From assembly GCA_965215565.1 (NCBI GenBank), contig CBDCDZ010000004.1:416001-480000 (forward strand): DNA of 64,000 bases, given 5' to 3'. The translations under genes and the position numbers were made by a program. Positions 10,665 to 20,669 of this stretch are shown here, one piece after another. Source of the stretch: Trueperaceae bacterium. Lineage in GTDB: Bacteria > Deinococcota > Deinococci > Deinococcales > Trueperaceae. The stretch's first letter is position 1. Each line of letters starts with the position of its first letter. Below the pieces are notes generated by a model that did no database searches, had not been told where the DNA came from, and worked only from the letters and a program-made list of their open reading frames with translations.

Positions 10665-11595
10665 TGCGTTACCTCGAGCCCGACTGGACGTGCTGTAGGA
10701 ACACAGGCTAGAGATGAGGCGGAAACGGCGTCAACATAGCGTGGGGAGAGATAGAGCATGATGTGAAGGCGGTGCAAGGTGGCGGTAAGCGAAGCCTTAG
10801 CAGCCGCGCTGGTATGACTAAGGTAGCACCCCGCGAATGCCGAGATTCTTACTGTGCGAAGTCAGTTTCGCGTGCGTTTTGCGCCCGGCAGTACGACTTT
10901 GTAAGGTCTGCGTGAGGTCGCGTAGCACATGACAAACACATAACTATTGGTACGCAGAGAACACGCGACGGGGTTTGCGGTCGAGATTGTTGGTACGGGT
11001 TTCCGTAATTGCCGGTACTGGTTTACACGATGGCCGTAATTGCGGGTACTCGTTTTGCATAGAGCGCCTTCTTTGAGCAACGATCTTAGCGCTACCGACG
11101 TGCAATTGAGGTTTTCTAATACCAACTTTTTCGGGTGCAGTACCATATGTTGTGACGTAGTACTAAAGGTTTTGGAGGTTCACAGCCCGCTCTGCTATCT
11201 GGCAGTGTTACCCGTCTCCTCTGAACTCAGCGCACCTTGTCATCCCCCATTGCAGAGCTGTCAGCGCTCGCTTCACCAGATAGGATGTATAGAGCCTATT
11301 GGAGCGTCCGGTAAATCTTGTGCTCTTGTGCAGGTTCCGAAGTTGAGTTTTCACGTTTTGAACGTAAACCAGCAGGTCGATAAGCGGTAGCGACTTGCTG
11401 GACGCACCATTCTGCGGCGAACGCGCGCGTCTGTTGCAAAAAGATCTGTTGTAGTAAGCCCAGCACGCTGCATAAGCGATACCTTTATCATGAAGACGCT
11501 CTATGCACGGCTAAGGTAGCTGTCTCACCGAGGAAAGCAACGATGTGGCAAGGTAGAGGTGTGTAGTGCTAAGTTAGAGCGTCAAGAGTTTACAT

Positions 11596-12726
11596 ATGAG
11601 CAAGAAGGGAGAATGCATGCATTCTGTTCTAAAGGGGTTCTTCGTTATCCTCACGGCTCTCTGTGTCTGGGTCACGCCAATGGAGGTTGCGCAGGCGCAG
11701 GAAGCTGCGCGGCCACTGCCGAGCCCCGAAGAACTCACGCAGCTTCTGACCGCATTCGACGTTCCTGGATTGGCGATGGCGTCCTTGACGAATTGCGAGG
11801 TCGATAACGAGGTCATCGTCGCGGGTTCGGCCACATTGGAGCCGGACGTAGCCGTCACGCCGCAAACCGCGTTTGAGGCAGCCTCCCTGTCAAAACCGGT
11901 GTTCGCTTGGTTAGTGCTCACGCTCGTTGACGAAGGCGTCATCGACTTGGACCGCCCTATGGCTGAAACGTTTGACTATACACGGATTCCCGATAAAGCT
12001 GCGTATGCGAAGATTACGCCCCGCATGGTGCTCACTCACCGGACCGGTCTACCCAATTGGGTGAATGAAAGTGTCGATTTCTACGAGCGAACGACGCCGA
12101 TCCCTTTTGAAACGCCACCCGGTACGGCCTACAGCTACTCAGGTGAGGCATTTCAACTACTTCAGGCTTTTATGGAGCGCGAGACAGGGAGGACATTACA
12201 ACAGCTTTTCCATGAGCGACTTGGAGAGGTCATGCCACATTCGACGTTCAGAGCTCCCCTGCCTGACGGACTCACGCTTTCTCGAGGCTACCAGAGCGCC
12301 AGCAGTCCTGCGAGCAGGGACGACCTCGACCTCGAAGCACGTGGGGCTGCCGCCTACTCGCTCGTCACGACTGCGCAGGACTACGCTCGCTTCCTCTCGT
12401 ACGTATGCAAAGGCGAGGGCCTGCGTCCTGAAACCCACGCTGAGATGTTAAGGCCGCAGTCGGGCGTCCCGGAGAGCGAAACGCCCTTCCCCACGTCCTA
12501 CGGTTTGGGTTGGCTGCTCGCAGATATCGGGGCGGAAACGTTCGTTGGTCATGGCGGCAACAACGACGAGTACCGGGCCTTCGGCGGCTTCGCTCGAGAA
12601 AGCGGCGACGGTCTCGTGATCTTCACCAATGGGGCCACCGGTCAGGCGCTGATCGACCTGCTAATTGCCTCACCCCCGCCAGCCCCGGACGCAAGCCATC
12701 ACACTGGACTTGCGGGTCAAAAATGA
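11596..12726 (+). CDS. Secreted serine hydrolase (beta-lactamase class C / peptidase S12 family)
   Basis: Signal peptide ending AQA; FEAASLSKP (SxxK), LTHRTGLP, YSYSGE, YGLGW, GHGG. Confidence 0.9.
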   Translation: MSKKGECMHSVLKGFFVILTALCVWVTPMEVAQAQEAARPLPSPEELTQLLTAFDVPGLAMASLTNCEVDNEVIVAGSATLEPDVAVTPQTAFEAASLSKPVFAWLVLTLVDEGVIDLDRPMAETFDYTRIPDKAAYAKITPRMVLTHRTGLPNWVNESVDFYERTTPIPFETPPGTAYSYSGEAFQLLQAFMERETGRTLQQLFHERLGEVMPHSTFRAPLPDGLTLSRGYQSASSPASRDDLDLEARGAAAYSLVTTAQDYARFLSYVCKGEGLRPETHAEMLRPQSGVPESETPFPTSYGLGWLLADIGAETFVGHGGNNDEYRAFGGFARESGDGLVIFTNGATGQALIDLLIASPPPAPDASHHTGLAGQK

Positions 12727-13156
12727 CCGCACCGACATCGAAGCGGGAAGCGACCGAGTTTTAGAGACGGCCCTCGACTTCCTGCGCGTAGGTGCCGTCC
12801 AGCCCTGGGACCGGGCGGCGCAGAAACCCACAACGCGGCTCCCCCCAGAATGAAGCAATACGTGGAGCTGCAAATTAATGTGGAACAGAACGTCGACCCG
12901 CTTTGCCTCGTATGGGCAATAAGGTGTTCTGCACGTCACACCACCAGCTCACTCGCGCTAGTCGGCTGAGCGCTCCTTTGTTAGGACAGAGTTGCGCGCA
13001 TCTCACGCATAAGAATCTCAGCGACTCAGAACCTCTGATGCCAGCTTGAGAGTTACACGGTAAGGCTTAAAAACTCTGTTCAGCACGCAAAGCAAAACCT
13101 CTATGCTACCCCACTAACTCTGACACGCTTCTTACAAATATCGGTTGTTCATGTTG

Positions 13157-13186
13157 ACTTTCTTACACGTCGGGGTGTAAGAAAGT
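13157..13186. promoter_or_regulatory. Perfect inverted repeat upstream of the Rhs gene
   Basis: ACTTTCTTACAC-gtcggg-GTGTAAGAAAGT (12-bp arms, 6-bp spacer). Confidence 0.5.
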
Positions 13187-13340
13187 TCCTTCACAACAGC
13201 TCGAGCCCGTTGTAAGCGCACACTCAAGTTCGCATCGCGAGCAGGCGGTGTTTTACCACTTTACAGGTGTACCAGATGCACCGCTCACTTCGCCTCATCT
13301 CTCTATCATGTTCAAGCTGTCCTACAAGGGTCCTTAGAGA

Positions 13341-16300
13341 TTGGACATGACCATGAACAGAGCTACGTCGCATCCACGCCATCAACGCCGCACCGCCTCC
13401 CTTCTCGCCGCACTGATGTTCCTTGGCACGATCTTCCCGACCGGCTTCGCCTCCGCCCAGCAGTTCATCGCCAAGCCGGGCGCGGGCGTCTCCCGCTTGC
13501 CTTTGAATGTGACCGCCTTCCAAGCGGACGGCTTCGGGGACCTCACGGACGCCATCAACCTAGCCACCGGCAACGTCTACCTCAACGTCGCGGGCGTCTC
13601 CATGAACAACTTCATGGACTCGGGCGACGACACGAGCCGGGCTATCGGCGCAGAAGGCTGGAGCCTCAACGCCCGGTTGCGCTCGAAGGGCTTCTACAAG
13701 GGACTGAGCAGCGCCCCGAGCGGTCTCTTCCTAGGCGAGGGCGACGGCGGCGGCACGCCCTTCGAGCGTTACACCGTCTCTAGCTACTACAATGCCCCCT
13801 CCTGGATCGAGCGCTACAAGAACGTCTCGAACGCTTATGTGTACCGCAACCCGGAGCAAGACGGGGTGCAGTACTTGGAGGAGTTCGTCGTTCTCTTGGT
13901 TCGCCCTAATAGCTCTATCGCCCACTACTACGACCACAGCGGCACCCGCTACACCTTCCACGACGACGGCGAGTTCCTGGACTACGTGCAAGACCCTCAT
14001 CAGCAGTACCGCAGCGCGAAAGCTGGGTACTCGGAAGGGCGCGAGGTCAAAGGTGAGGCAACCATCCTGAGCTATAGGAACACCAGCAAGGGTCAGCTCA
14101 GCAAGGTGCAAGACCCCTGGGGCAGGGTCACCCGCTACACGTGGAACAGCGACAACACGTTGCGCTACGTCGACGAACTCCTCCAGAACGAGAGCGACCC
14201 CAACTCGTATGTCTCGCGCATCTCCTTTTTCTACATTACGAGATACAACCAGCGCCTGATGGACAAGGTCTTCATCACCCGCACAAACGGGCTCAAGCAG
14301 GTTAGACCTTACAACCACGACATGAGCGGGGTAGACCGGCGCTACTTGCGCTTTTACTACGCGCAGCAGTCCAACGGGGAAATCCTCCTCAATCGCTATG
14401 AGAAGGAGGGCGTCAACGGGACGAGCAACCGCTCGAAGACCTTCTACCGCTACGACCCTCAGAACCGGGTGACGCGGGTGCACACGACGGACAACTCGGG
14501 CAACCGCATTGAGACCTATACCTACTACAAGTACGGCACTTCGAGCGCGTTCGACGGGCAGCAGGTCACGGTGCAGCAGGGCGTGAAGGAGTCGGTCTAT
14601 GAGTTCGACCTTAGCGGTCAGTTACGCCGCAAGAAGGTCAAGGACTACAACCCGCGCTATAGCCAGACGAAGTGGCTGACCTGGAACTACACCTATGGGG
14701 ACGAGAGCCCCCGTGCGTACTGCCGCCTATGTGAGGCTAGCCCGGACCATCCTCGAGGCTCCACCTACCGCATCGAGGACCCCTCTGGCAAAGCTACCTC
14801 TTACACCTACGACAAGCACGGCAACGTCATCGAAATCTACGAGGCGGCGCTCGAGAACCCGACCAACGACCCCAGCCTGAACCGCACTCAAATCTTCGAC
14901 TACGACCGCGACAACCGGCTCAAGCACGAAGTCATGCCGCCCGACTCGGCGAAGCTCGAGGACGGCACCACCTTCGCTGAATACACGTTCAACCGAATCA
15001 ACCACTACTATACGATGCGACCGGCTGTAGAGCGTAACGGGCAGCGTTTTACTGCTGTTCAGTCCGTTAGCCGGAAGCGCGTCGGTGCGGGCGAGGACGC
15101 GGAGTACACCGACACCTTCGATACCTATGGACGTCTAACCGAGTCCAAACGTGTTGGTGAAGATCAGACCCAAACCACGACCTACGACTACTACTACGGC
15201 ACGAAGAACGCTAACTGGCGGCAGTACCTCCCCGATAGCGAGGGGCAACCCTCCAGTAGCTGGACGCCCGTGCAGTACGGCGACCAGGTCTACCTCATGA
15301 CCAGGACGGGCGAGGGAACGCGCTCTTTCACCTACGATCCCTACGGCAACGTCGTTGCTGAAAGCCATACGAGCGGCTTTAGCCCGGAGGTGGGCGTGAC
15401 CCGCAGCCGCACCACCTACCGCAGCTTCAACGGCTTCGGGCAGCCCGTCTGGGAGCTGACTTTCGGGGGGAGCGACCCCAAGGCGGCGGACGCTCAAGTT
15501 GCCAAACGCATGTGGTACTACCACGCTAAAACGGGCAACCTCGACTACAGTTGGGAGGGCAACAAGAAGAACGTCACCACCTATACCTACGCGGTAAATG
15601 GGACTGATAATGGTCGCGTCACTAAGATCGAGCGAGGCGTGTCCTCGAGCGGCAACGGCACGCTCAGCACGGTGCGGGGGCAGACGCTGTTCGACTACGA
15701 CGAATATGGAAGGGTCACGGAGAAGGCTGTTGACAAGCACGCTGTTACGAACGGCTTCACCACGAACTACCGCTACGATACTTTAGACCGGGTGGTGGAA
15801 GAGAAACGGCCTGCCGAGCACGGTACCACCTCGCGCGGCTTGACTGGCTACAAGTACGACGCTACGGGGCAGATCAGCTACACGTGGAATGCGGGTGCAG
15901 GGCTGCAACACTTCTTTGACCGTGACGCCTTTGGTCGCGTAACTAAAGAGGATTGGAACACTGCCGCGCCGATCTATACGACGTACGACCCCTACGACCG
16001 CCCTATTGCGATTCGCGACGAACGCCTGACAATGAACCAGGCGGGCGAACACCGCACGCGCTACTTCAAATATGATCTAAGGGGCAACCTCACTCACGAG
16101 TTGGGCGCACCGTTGCGCACAGCCGCGGGCGAATATACCGACTACCGCCGCCCTTACGTCATTCACCACTACGACGGGCTCAACCGCAAGGTTAAAGAGC
16201 AGCGGCTCATCAACGGCTCCACCATCGTCGGTAAAAACAACCTCATTGCTCTGAGCGACAGCAGCAGCAACGTCGCCGTCACCGAATACAGCTACGACGC

Positions 16301-16621
16301 CGCGAATCGGCTCACCCAGACAACCGATCCCGAGGACTACATCACGAAGTACAGCTACGACAGGTCCGGCAACCTCATCAAGCAGGTCCGGCAGGTCTGC
16401 AAGACGTACCAGGACTCGGACTGCACAAGTAGCGTGGAGGGGCTCGCCACCGTCGATAACCTCGGCTACGCCGTAGCGACCTACACCGGCTACGACGCAG
16501 CAAACCGCCTCATCTGGCACAAAGACGCGCGGACCAACATGCGCAGCACCACTTATGACCTACAGGGCAATGTCACAAAGCAAATCAACGAGCGGGACAA
16601 AGAGACGAGGCGCGTCTATAC
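13341..16621 (+). pseudogene. Rhs/YD-repeat protein, 5' part, interrupted by a Tn3-family transposon
   Basis: Sec-like signal peptide (ASLLAALMFLGTIFPTGFASA), DAINLATGNVY, many YD repeats (YTYDKHGNV, YRYDTLDRV, YSYDAANRL); the annotated stop at 16664 lies at the inner edge of the transposon left TIR. Confidence 0.9.
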
Positions 16622-16662
16622 GAGGTCCGGCAACAATTCGTGTAAATTTCAGCGACTCTCAT
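16622..16662 (+). repeat. Tn3 left terminal inverted repeat
   Basis: GAGGTCCGGCAACAATTCGTGTAAATTTCAGCGACTCTCAT, exact reverse complement of 23665-23705. Confidence 0.97.
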
Positions 16663-17003
16663 AGAATGGCATGGCGGTAGATGAGTCCAAAGTTTTATGC
16701 GTTTGCCGCGTGGCTTTGGTAGAAGGATTTATTCAGTAAATCTCGCGCTGCTACCGATGTAGTCGAGTTTTTGCAAAAGCACGAATTAACATTCAGCAGA
16801 CCATGGCAAAGCCGCTGTGCGAGCAAATAACCCCCGCACTTAACCAACTTCAGATTTGCCGAGTCCGGATGTTGGAAAATATATAGTTGAGAACTAAATG
16901 AGACTATTCTAAGATTGTATCCTGATACCAACTTGGCGAGATGTCTCGCGGTTGCGCTAATAGGTTATCAGCTCAAAAGAATTCATGCAGTGAAAGGATA
17001 ACG

Positions 17004-18872
17004 ATGGGTCGTCAAGTTTACGTCGTGTTAGGAATTCTGGTGCTTCTTCTTTCAAGTTGCAGCATTCAAGAACAGCCAACAGCAGCTTTTAATGAGGACA
17101 CTTTCACAAATTTTGTGGCAGATGATATAGGTGCAACTTTACCTACAGAGATGGAAATGGTTGATGCCGCCCTGAGCGACGCCAATACCGCTGATGACGC
17201 CTTTTATCGAATGGTCAAAGAAGTCGGTGGCTTTACTGCGTATGAACAGAAGCTGATGGAGCTTGATGACACTGCCCTAGATCAGTTCCACAAGCAATAT
17301 GGTTTAGGTTTTACAAGAGGAATGCCAGGTAGCTCTCTAAATGCGTTCGGAGATATAGCACTACAGGCTATTACCGACTGCGTTGAGTTTTTCCCGGCCT
17401 CGGACCGCAACCGAGTCTTTAGAATATCGGGACACACGGTCTTTATTGACAATGTTGGACGACCGGGCTATGCAAAACTTAATTTCAGGCGCAATCAAGT
17501 CATCGCGCCCAACCCGGTACGTACCAAATGTCAAACTGACGTGCGCGAGTGGGGTGACCCCGGTGATGTTGGTGGTCATTTAATTCCCGCGGTATTAGGT
17601 GGGTACAACAAACGAGCAAATATTGTGCCACAAAATGGCACAATGAACAATTCAGTCTGGCGTAAAGTTGAGAATTTGGTACGCAAATGCGTGACCAGTA
17701 GGTACAGCGGTTCCTATACAGTGACGCCACAATACGCTGATCCAACCTCGGTCCGCCCATCCCATCTGCAGGCTTATGTCGTCCTATACCGTCCCTTAAT
17801 TCCTATTGTTCCTGCTGTTACAGGAACCTTACGCCTTCCCAATCAGGTTCCTGGTGCCGCTCAGACTCTTGCAGCGGAAGGTTTCATCGCCAATTTCACG
17901 CCCTATTGCACGCGAATTGTTGGCCTAATTATTGACGATACGGGATCGATGGGAAGCCAGATTGGTGCTGTTAAGGCGTCTCTAGCGAACTATATCACAG
18001 ACGTTCCTGAGGAGCAGGACACCCTTTGGAACTTGACGACGTTCAAAGACGCTGTCTCCAATAAAGGAACGACCGCAGAGCTAAGCACAATAAGCGGATG
18101 GGTGGGTGGATTACGCGCCTCTGGTGGTGATGATTGCCCTGAGGAAGCTCTCGGAGCGATTAGGTCGGGAATTCGCACGCTCAGTACATATCCAGACCGC
18201 GGAAGAGATTTAATCGTCGTTACCGACGCTTCGGCTCAGCCAGGTGACATAAGTGGAATCATTGCTGCTGCCAATCTCGATGATGTTCGCGTCAGTGTTT
18301 TACTCTCTGGCGACTGTGGCAGATCAACTACGACCTCGACTTTGAGTTCGAGCGGGCTCACGACACTTAGTCACTCCTACCCTCTCTCGAGCCAGGTTGT
18401 ACTCAAGGAAATCGCTGACGCTACGGGGGGAAAATACTTCTTCATCCCTGGCGGTACTCGACAGGATTACGAGAACGCACTTGATGAAATATTTGCGTTC
18501 ATCGAAGAAGGCTCAACGGATACAACGCCACCCACTATTACCCTGAGCACCGATTCCAACGTACTTTGGCCTCCGAACCATAAAATGCGAGAAGTCAGTG
18601 TCGAGGTTGTAGTCGAAGATGATACAGACCTGGAGCCGATGGTCGAACTCGTAGGCGTCGTGAGCACCGAACCTTTTGATGGACAAGGGGATGGGCATAC
18701 TGAAGATGATATCCAGGTGGATGAAGAAGGTAGAATCTTCGTTCGCGCCGAGCGCAGTGGCTCAGGAAATGATCGAATCTATACAGTTACCTATAGAGCA
18801 ACCGATGCCGCTGGCAACGTTGGTTTCGGATCGTTAGACTTCTTAGTACCACACGATAAAAGAAAGAAATAA
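17004..18872 (+). CDS. Lipoprotein with DNA/RNA non-specific (His-Me, Endonuclea_NS_2-like) nuclease, vWA and C-terminal Ig/HYR-like domains
   Basis: Start MGRQVYVVLGILVLLLSSC (lipobox, AAAGGA RBS); DVGGHLIPAVLGGYNKRANIVPQNGTMNNSVWRKVE and VRPSHL (nuclease); IIDDTGSMG, ASGGDDCPEEA, IVVTDA, IADATGGKYF (vWA MIDAS); DTTPPTI..LWPPNHKM..RAERSGSGNDRIYTVTYRATDAAGN. Confidence 0.85.
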   Translation: MGRQVYVVLGILVLLLSSCSIQEQPTAAFNEDTFTNFVADDIGATLPTEMEMVDAALSDANTADDAFYRMVKEVGGFTAYEQKLMELDDTALDQFHKQYGLGFTRGMPGSSLNAFGDIALQAITDCVEFFPASDRNRVFRISGHTVFIDNVGRPGYAKLNFRRNQVIAPNPVRTKCQTDVREWGDPGDVGGHLIPAVLGGYNKRANIVPQNGTMNNSVWRKVENLVRKCVTSRYSGSYTVTPQYADPTSVRPSHLQAYVVLYRPLIPIVPAVTGTLRLPNQVPGAAQTLAAEGFIANFTPYCTRIVGLIIDDTGSMGSQIGAVKASLANYITDVPEEQDTLWNLTTFKDAVSNKGTTAELSTISGWVGGLRASGGDDCPEEALGAIRSGIRTLSTYPDRGRDLIVVTDASAQPGDISGIIAAANLDDVRVSVLLSGDCGRSTTTSTLSSSGLTTLSHSYPLSSQVVLKEIADATGGKYFFIPGGTRQDYENALDEIFAFIEEGSTDTTPPTITLSTDSNVLWPPNHKMREVSVEVVVEDDTDLEPMVELVGVVSTEPFDGQGDGHTEDDIQVDEEGRIFVRAERSGSGNDRIYTVTYRATDAAGNVGFGSLDFLVPHDKRKK

Positions 18873-18887
18873 GACGTATAACGCCTG

Positions 18888-18919
18888 GAGAACGTGGAGG
18901 CTTGAGCCTCCACGTTCTC
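18888..18919 (+). terminator. Hairpin after the nuclease-vWA gene, probable terminator
   Basis: GAGAACGTGGAGGCT-tg-AGCCTCCACGTTCTC followed by TCTTT. Confidence 0.6.
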
Positions 18920-19002
18920 TCTTTGCAGCTATAACTCAGACCAACAGGAATTCTCAGACCGCGGTGTACATTTCTAATTAGCCTAAACGCTATGCCCAGT
19001 TC

Positions 19003-19046
19003 TGCGCTTTGCAAAGCGCATTTCTCGGACCTTTATAATTCAACTT
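19003..19046 (+). promoter_or_regulatory. Palindrome plus -10 box for probable leaderless SMI1 transcript
   Basis: Perfect 18-bp palindrome TGCGCTTTGCAAAGCGCA (19003-19020); TATAAT at 19034-19039, 7 nt before the ATG. Confidence 0.55.
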
Positions 19047-19655
19047 ATGGACGCTGCCGCGCTGTTTTACACCATCACGGACATACTCGAACCCTTCTAT
19101 GAAACCCTGCCTCTCAATCCGCCAGCCACCGAATCCGACATCATGGCGCTGGAGCGTGACTTAGGCGTGGTCCTACCCGAGTCTTACAAAGAGATATTGC
19201 GCCTTCATGATGGTGAAAATCTCTCTCCACCAGGCGGAGAAGATTTACTTGGTCTCTTCGGCTACTATGAATTCTTGAGCGTCGCTGAGGTCAGAACGCA
19301 GTACGAGATATGGCGGGAAACGGCTAACTACTGGGCTGAGCAGGACGATGACACGGTTTTTACGAGTGCTCCCGAAGATTTCGTGCAAGAGGTTTTCGTC
19401 GCCTCAGGCTGGCTCCCCTTCGCGGGTAAATACTCGGGCAACCACCTAGCCCTCGACTTCGCCCCCGCGAGTCGCGGCGTGGTGGGTCAAGTTATTACGT
19501 TCGGGAGCGATGAAGAGGTTCATCACCACATCGCGCCGAACTTTACCGAGTTTCTGGCGTTCATCCTAGCGGCGTATCAGGAGGGTAAGTATCATCCCAA
19601 GCTGACCGGCAATCCTAAAGCGCTCATCGAAGACCTCCCTGCATTTCGCGTTTGA
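19047..19655 (+). CDS. SMI1/KNR4 (SUKH) family protein
   Basis: LNPPATESDIMALERDLGVVLPESYKEILRLHDGE..GWLPFAGKYSGNHLALDFAPASRGVVGQVITFGSD..IAPNFTEFL. Confidence 0.9.
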   Translation: MDAAALFYTITDILEPFYETLPLNPPATESDIMALERDLGVVLPESYKEILRLHDGENLSPPGGEDLLGLFGYYEFLSVAEVRTQYEIWRETANYWAEQDDDTVFTSAPEDFVQEVFVASGWLPFAGKYSGNHLALDFAPASRGVVGQVITFGSDEEVHHHIAPNFTEFLAFILAAYQEGKYHPKLTGNPKALIEDLPAFRV

Positions 19656-19776
19656 GAGATTAAATGGGATCAAGCAACTAGGCTTACCTAAGTCGGTCTT
19701 CGCTTTGATGCAAAACTAAAGAAAAGTAGCCGACTATTTTAGAACCGTTCGCCGCACAACACCCTCTAGTCCGCGT

Positions 19777-20466
19777 TCACTTCGACAGCGCTTTTAGATA
19801 GTTCTCCCCGAGGTTCTTGAGGCTCGTCTCGGCGTAAATTTGCGTGGTCGTCACGTTCTTGTGCCGCAAAAATTTCTGCACCTGGTCGATAGGCATTCCT
19901 TTGTCGAGCAACAGGGTGGCGACACTCGCCCGCAGGCGGTGGGGCGTCACCACCTTCTCAATCTCCGCACGCTTCGCCGCGTTTTGCACGATGAGCTGCA
20001 CCCCACGCGGCGAGTAACGGTCGCGTCGGTTGCTCTCGAAAAGGTAGAGCGTCTTGCGCCCGCTCAGGTAGGTGCGCAGCTCTTGGGCAAGAGACGGCAA
20101 GATCGGCACATAGCCGTCGCTCCCGCCCTTCGCCACGGCAATGTAAATCTGTGGCGGCTCCAAATCGAGATGTAAGTCCGCCGCTTTAATGTTGACAAAC
20201 TCGCTGACTCTCGCACCTGTATAGAAGAGCATCTTGACCATAAGCCCGTAACGGCTGCCCTTGCGGTACGCCGCTTCGATAAGCCTCTCGACTTCGAAGC
20301 GGTCAAGCCGCGCTACCGTGCGGCGGCGCTCTTTGGGTTTCTTCAGTTCAAGCTCGCGTCTGACGCGCTCAATGACGTAGCGGCTCTGATCATAAGAAAG
20401 GTGATGCTTGCGCCAAAGTTTAGTGGTCTCGCGGATAACTTCGTTCAAGCCTGCTGTTTTCGTCAT
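19777..20466 (-). CDS. Tyrosine recombinase (transposon co-integrate resolvase, TnpI-like role)
   Basis: YTGARVSE, AKGG, TPHRLRAS, FLRHKN, TTQIYA; inside the Tn3 element and divergent from tnpA; start uncertain (20466 or 20532). Confidence 0.9.
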   Translation of the reverse strand: MTKTAGLNEVIRETTKLWRKHHLSYDQSRYVIERVRRELELKKPKERRRTVARLDRFEVERLIEAAYRKGSRYGLMVKMLFYTGARVSEFVNIKAADLHLDLEPPQIYIAVAKGGSDGYVPILPSLAQELRTYLSGRKTLYLFESNRRDRYSPRGVQLIVQNAAKRAEIEKVVTPHRLRASVATLLLDKGMPIDQVQKFLRHKNVTTTQIYAETSLKNLGENYLKALSK

Positions 20467-20532
20467 AGCGTTGTGACCACGCCATCCTTTCTCATATTCG
20501 GCTATTTGTCTCCTTTTACTTGCTCCTTGCAC

Positions 20533-20574
20533 ACCGAATAGTTCGCTGTTTCAGCATTGTGCGAACTCTTCGGT
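20533..20574. promoter_or_regulatory. Putative resolution (recombinase-binding) site
   Basis: ACCGAATAGTTCGC-N14-GCGAACTCTTCGGT (1 mismatch) between recombinase and tnpA; TG-N-TATGCT extended -10 at 20583-20591. Confidence 0.55.
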
Positions 20575-20669
20575 CTAGCTTCTGCTATGCTGGGGAGCCC
20601 GACCCAAAATCTCCATGTCATGGGTTGCCATCTGCCTTTCTTTCCACTTTAGGGGAGTAAGGAGCACAT

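Noticed and set aside
16695..16931. 78-aa minus-strand ORF inside the transposon left end as a third cargo gene
   Set aside because: No recognisable motif or convincing RBS
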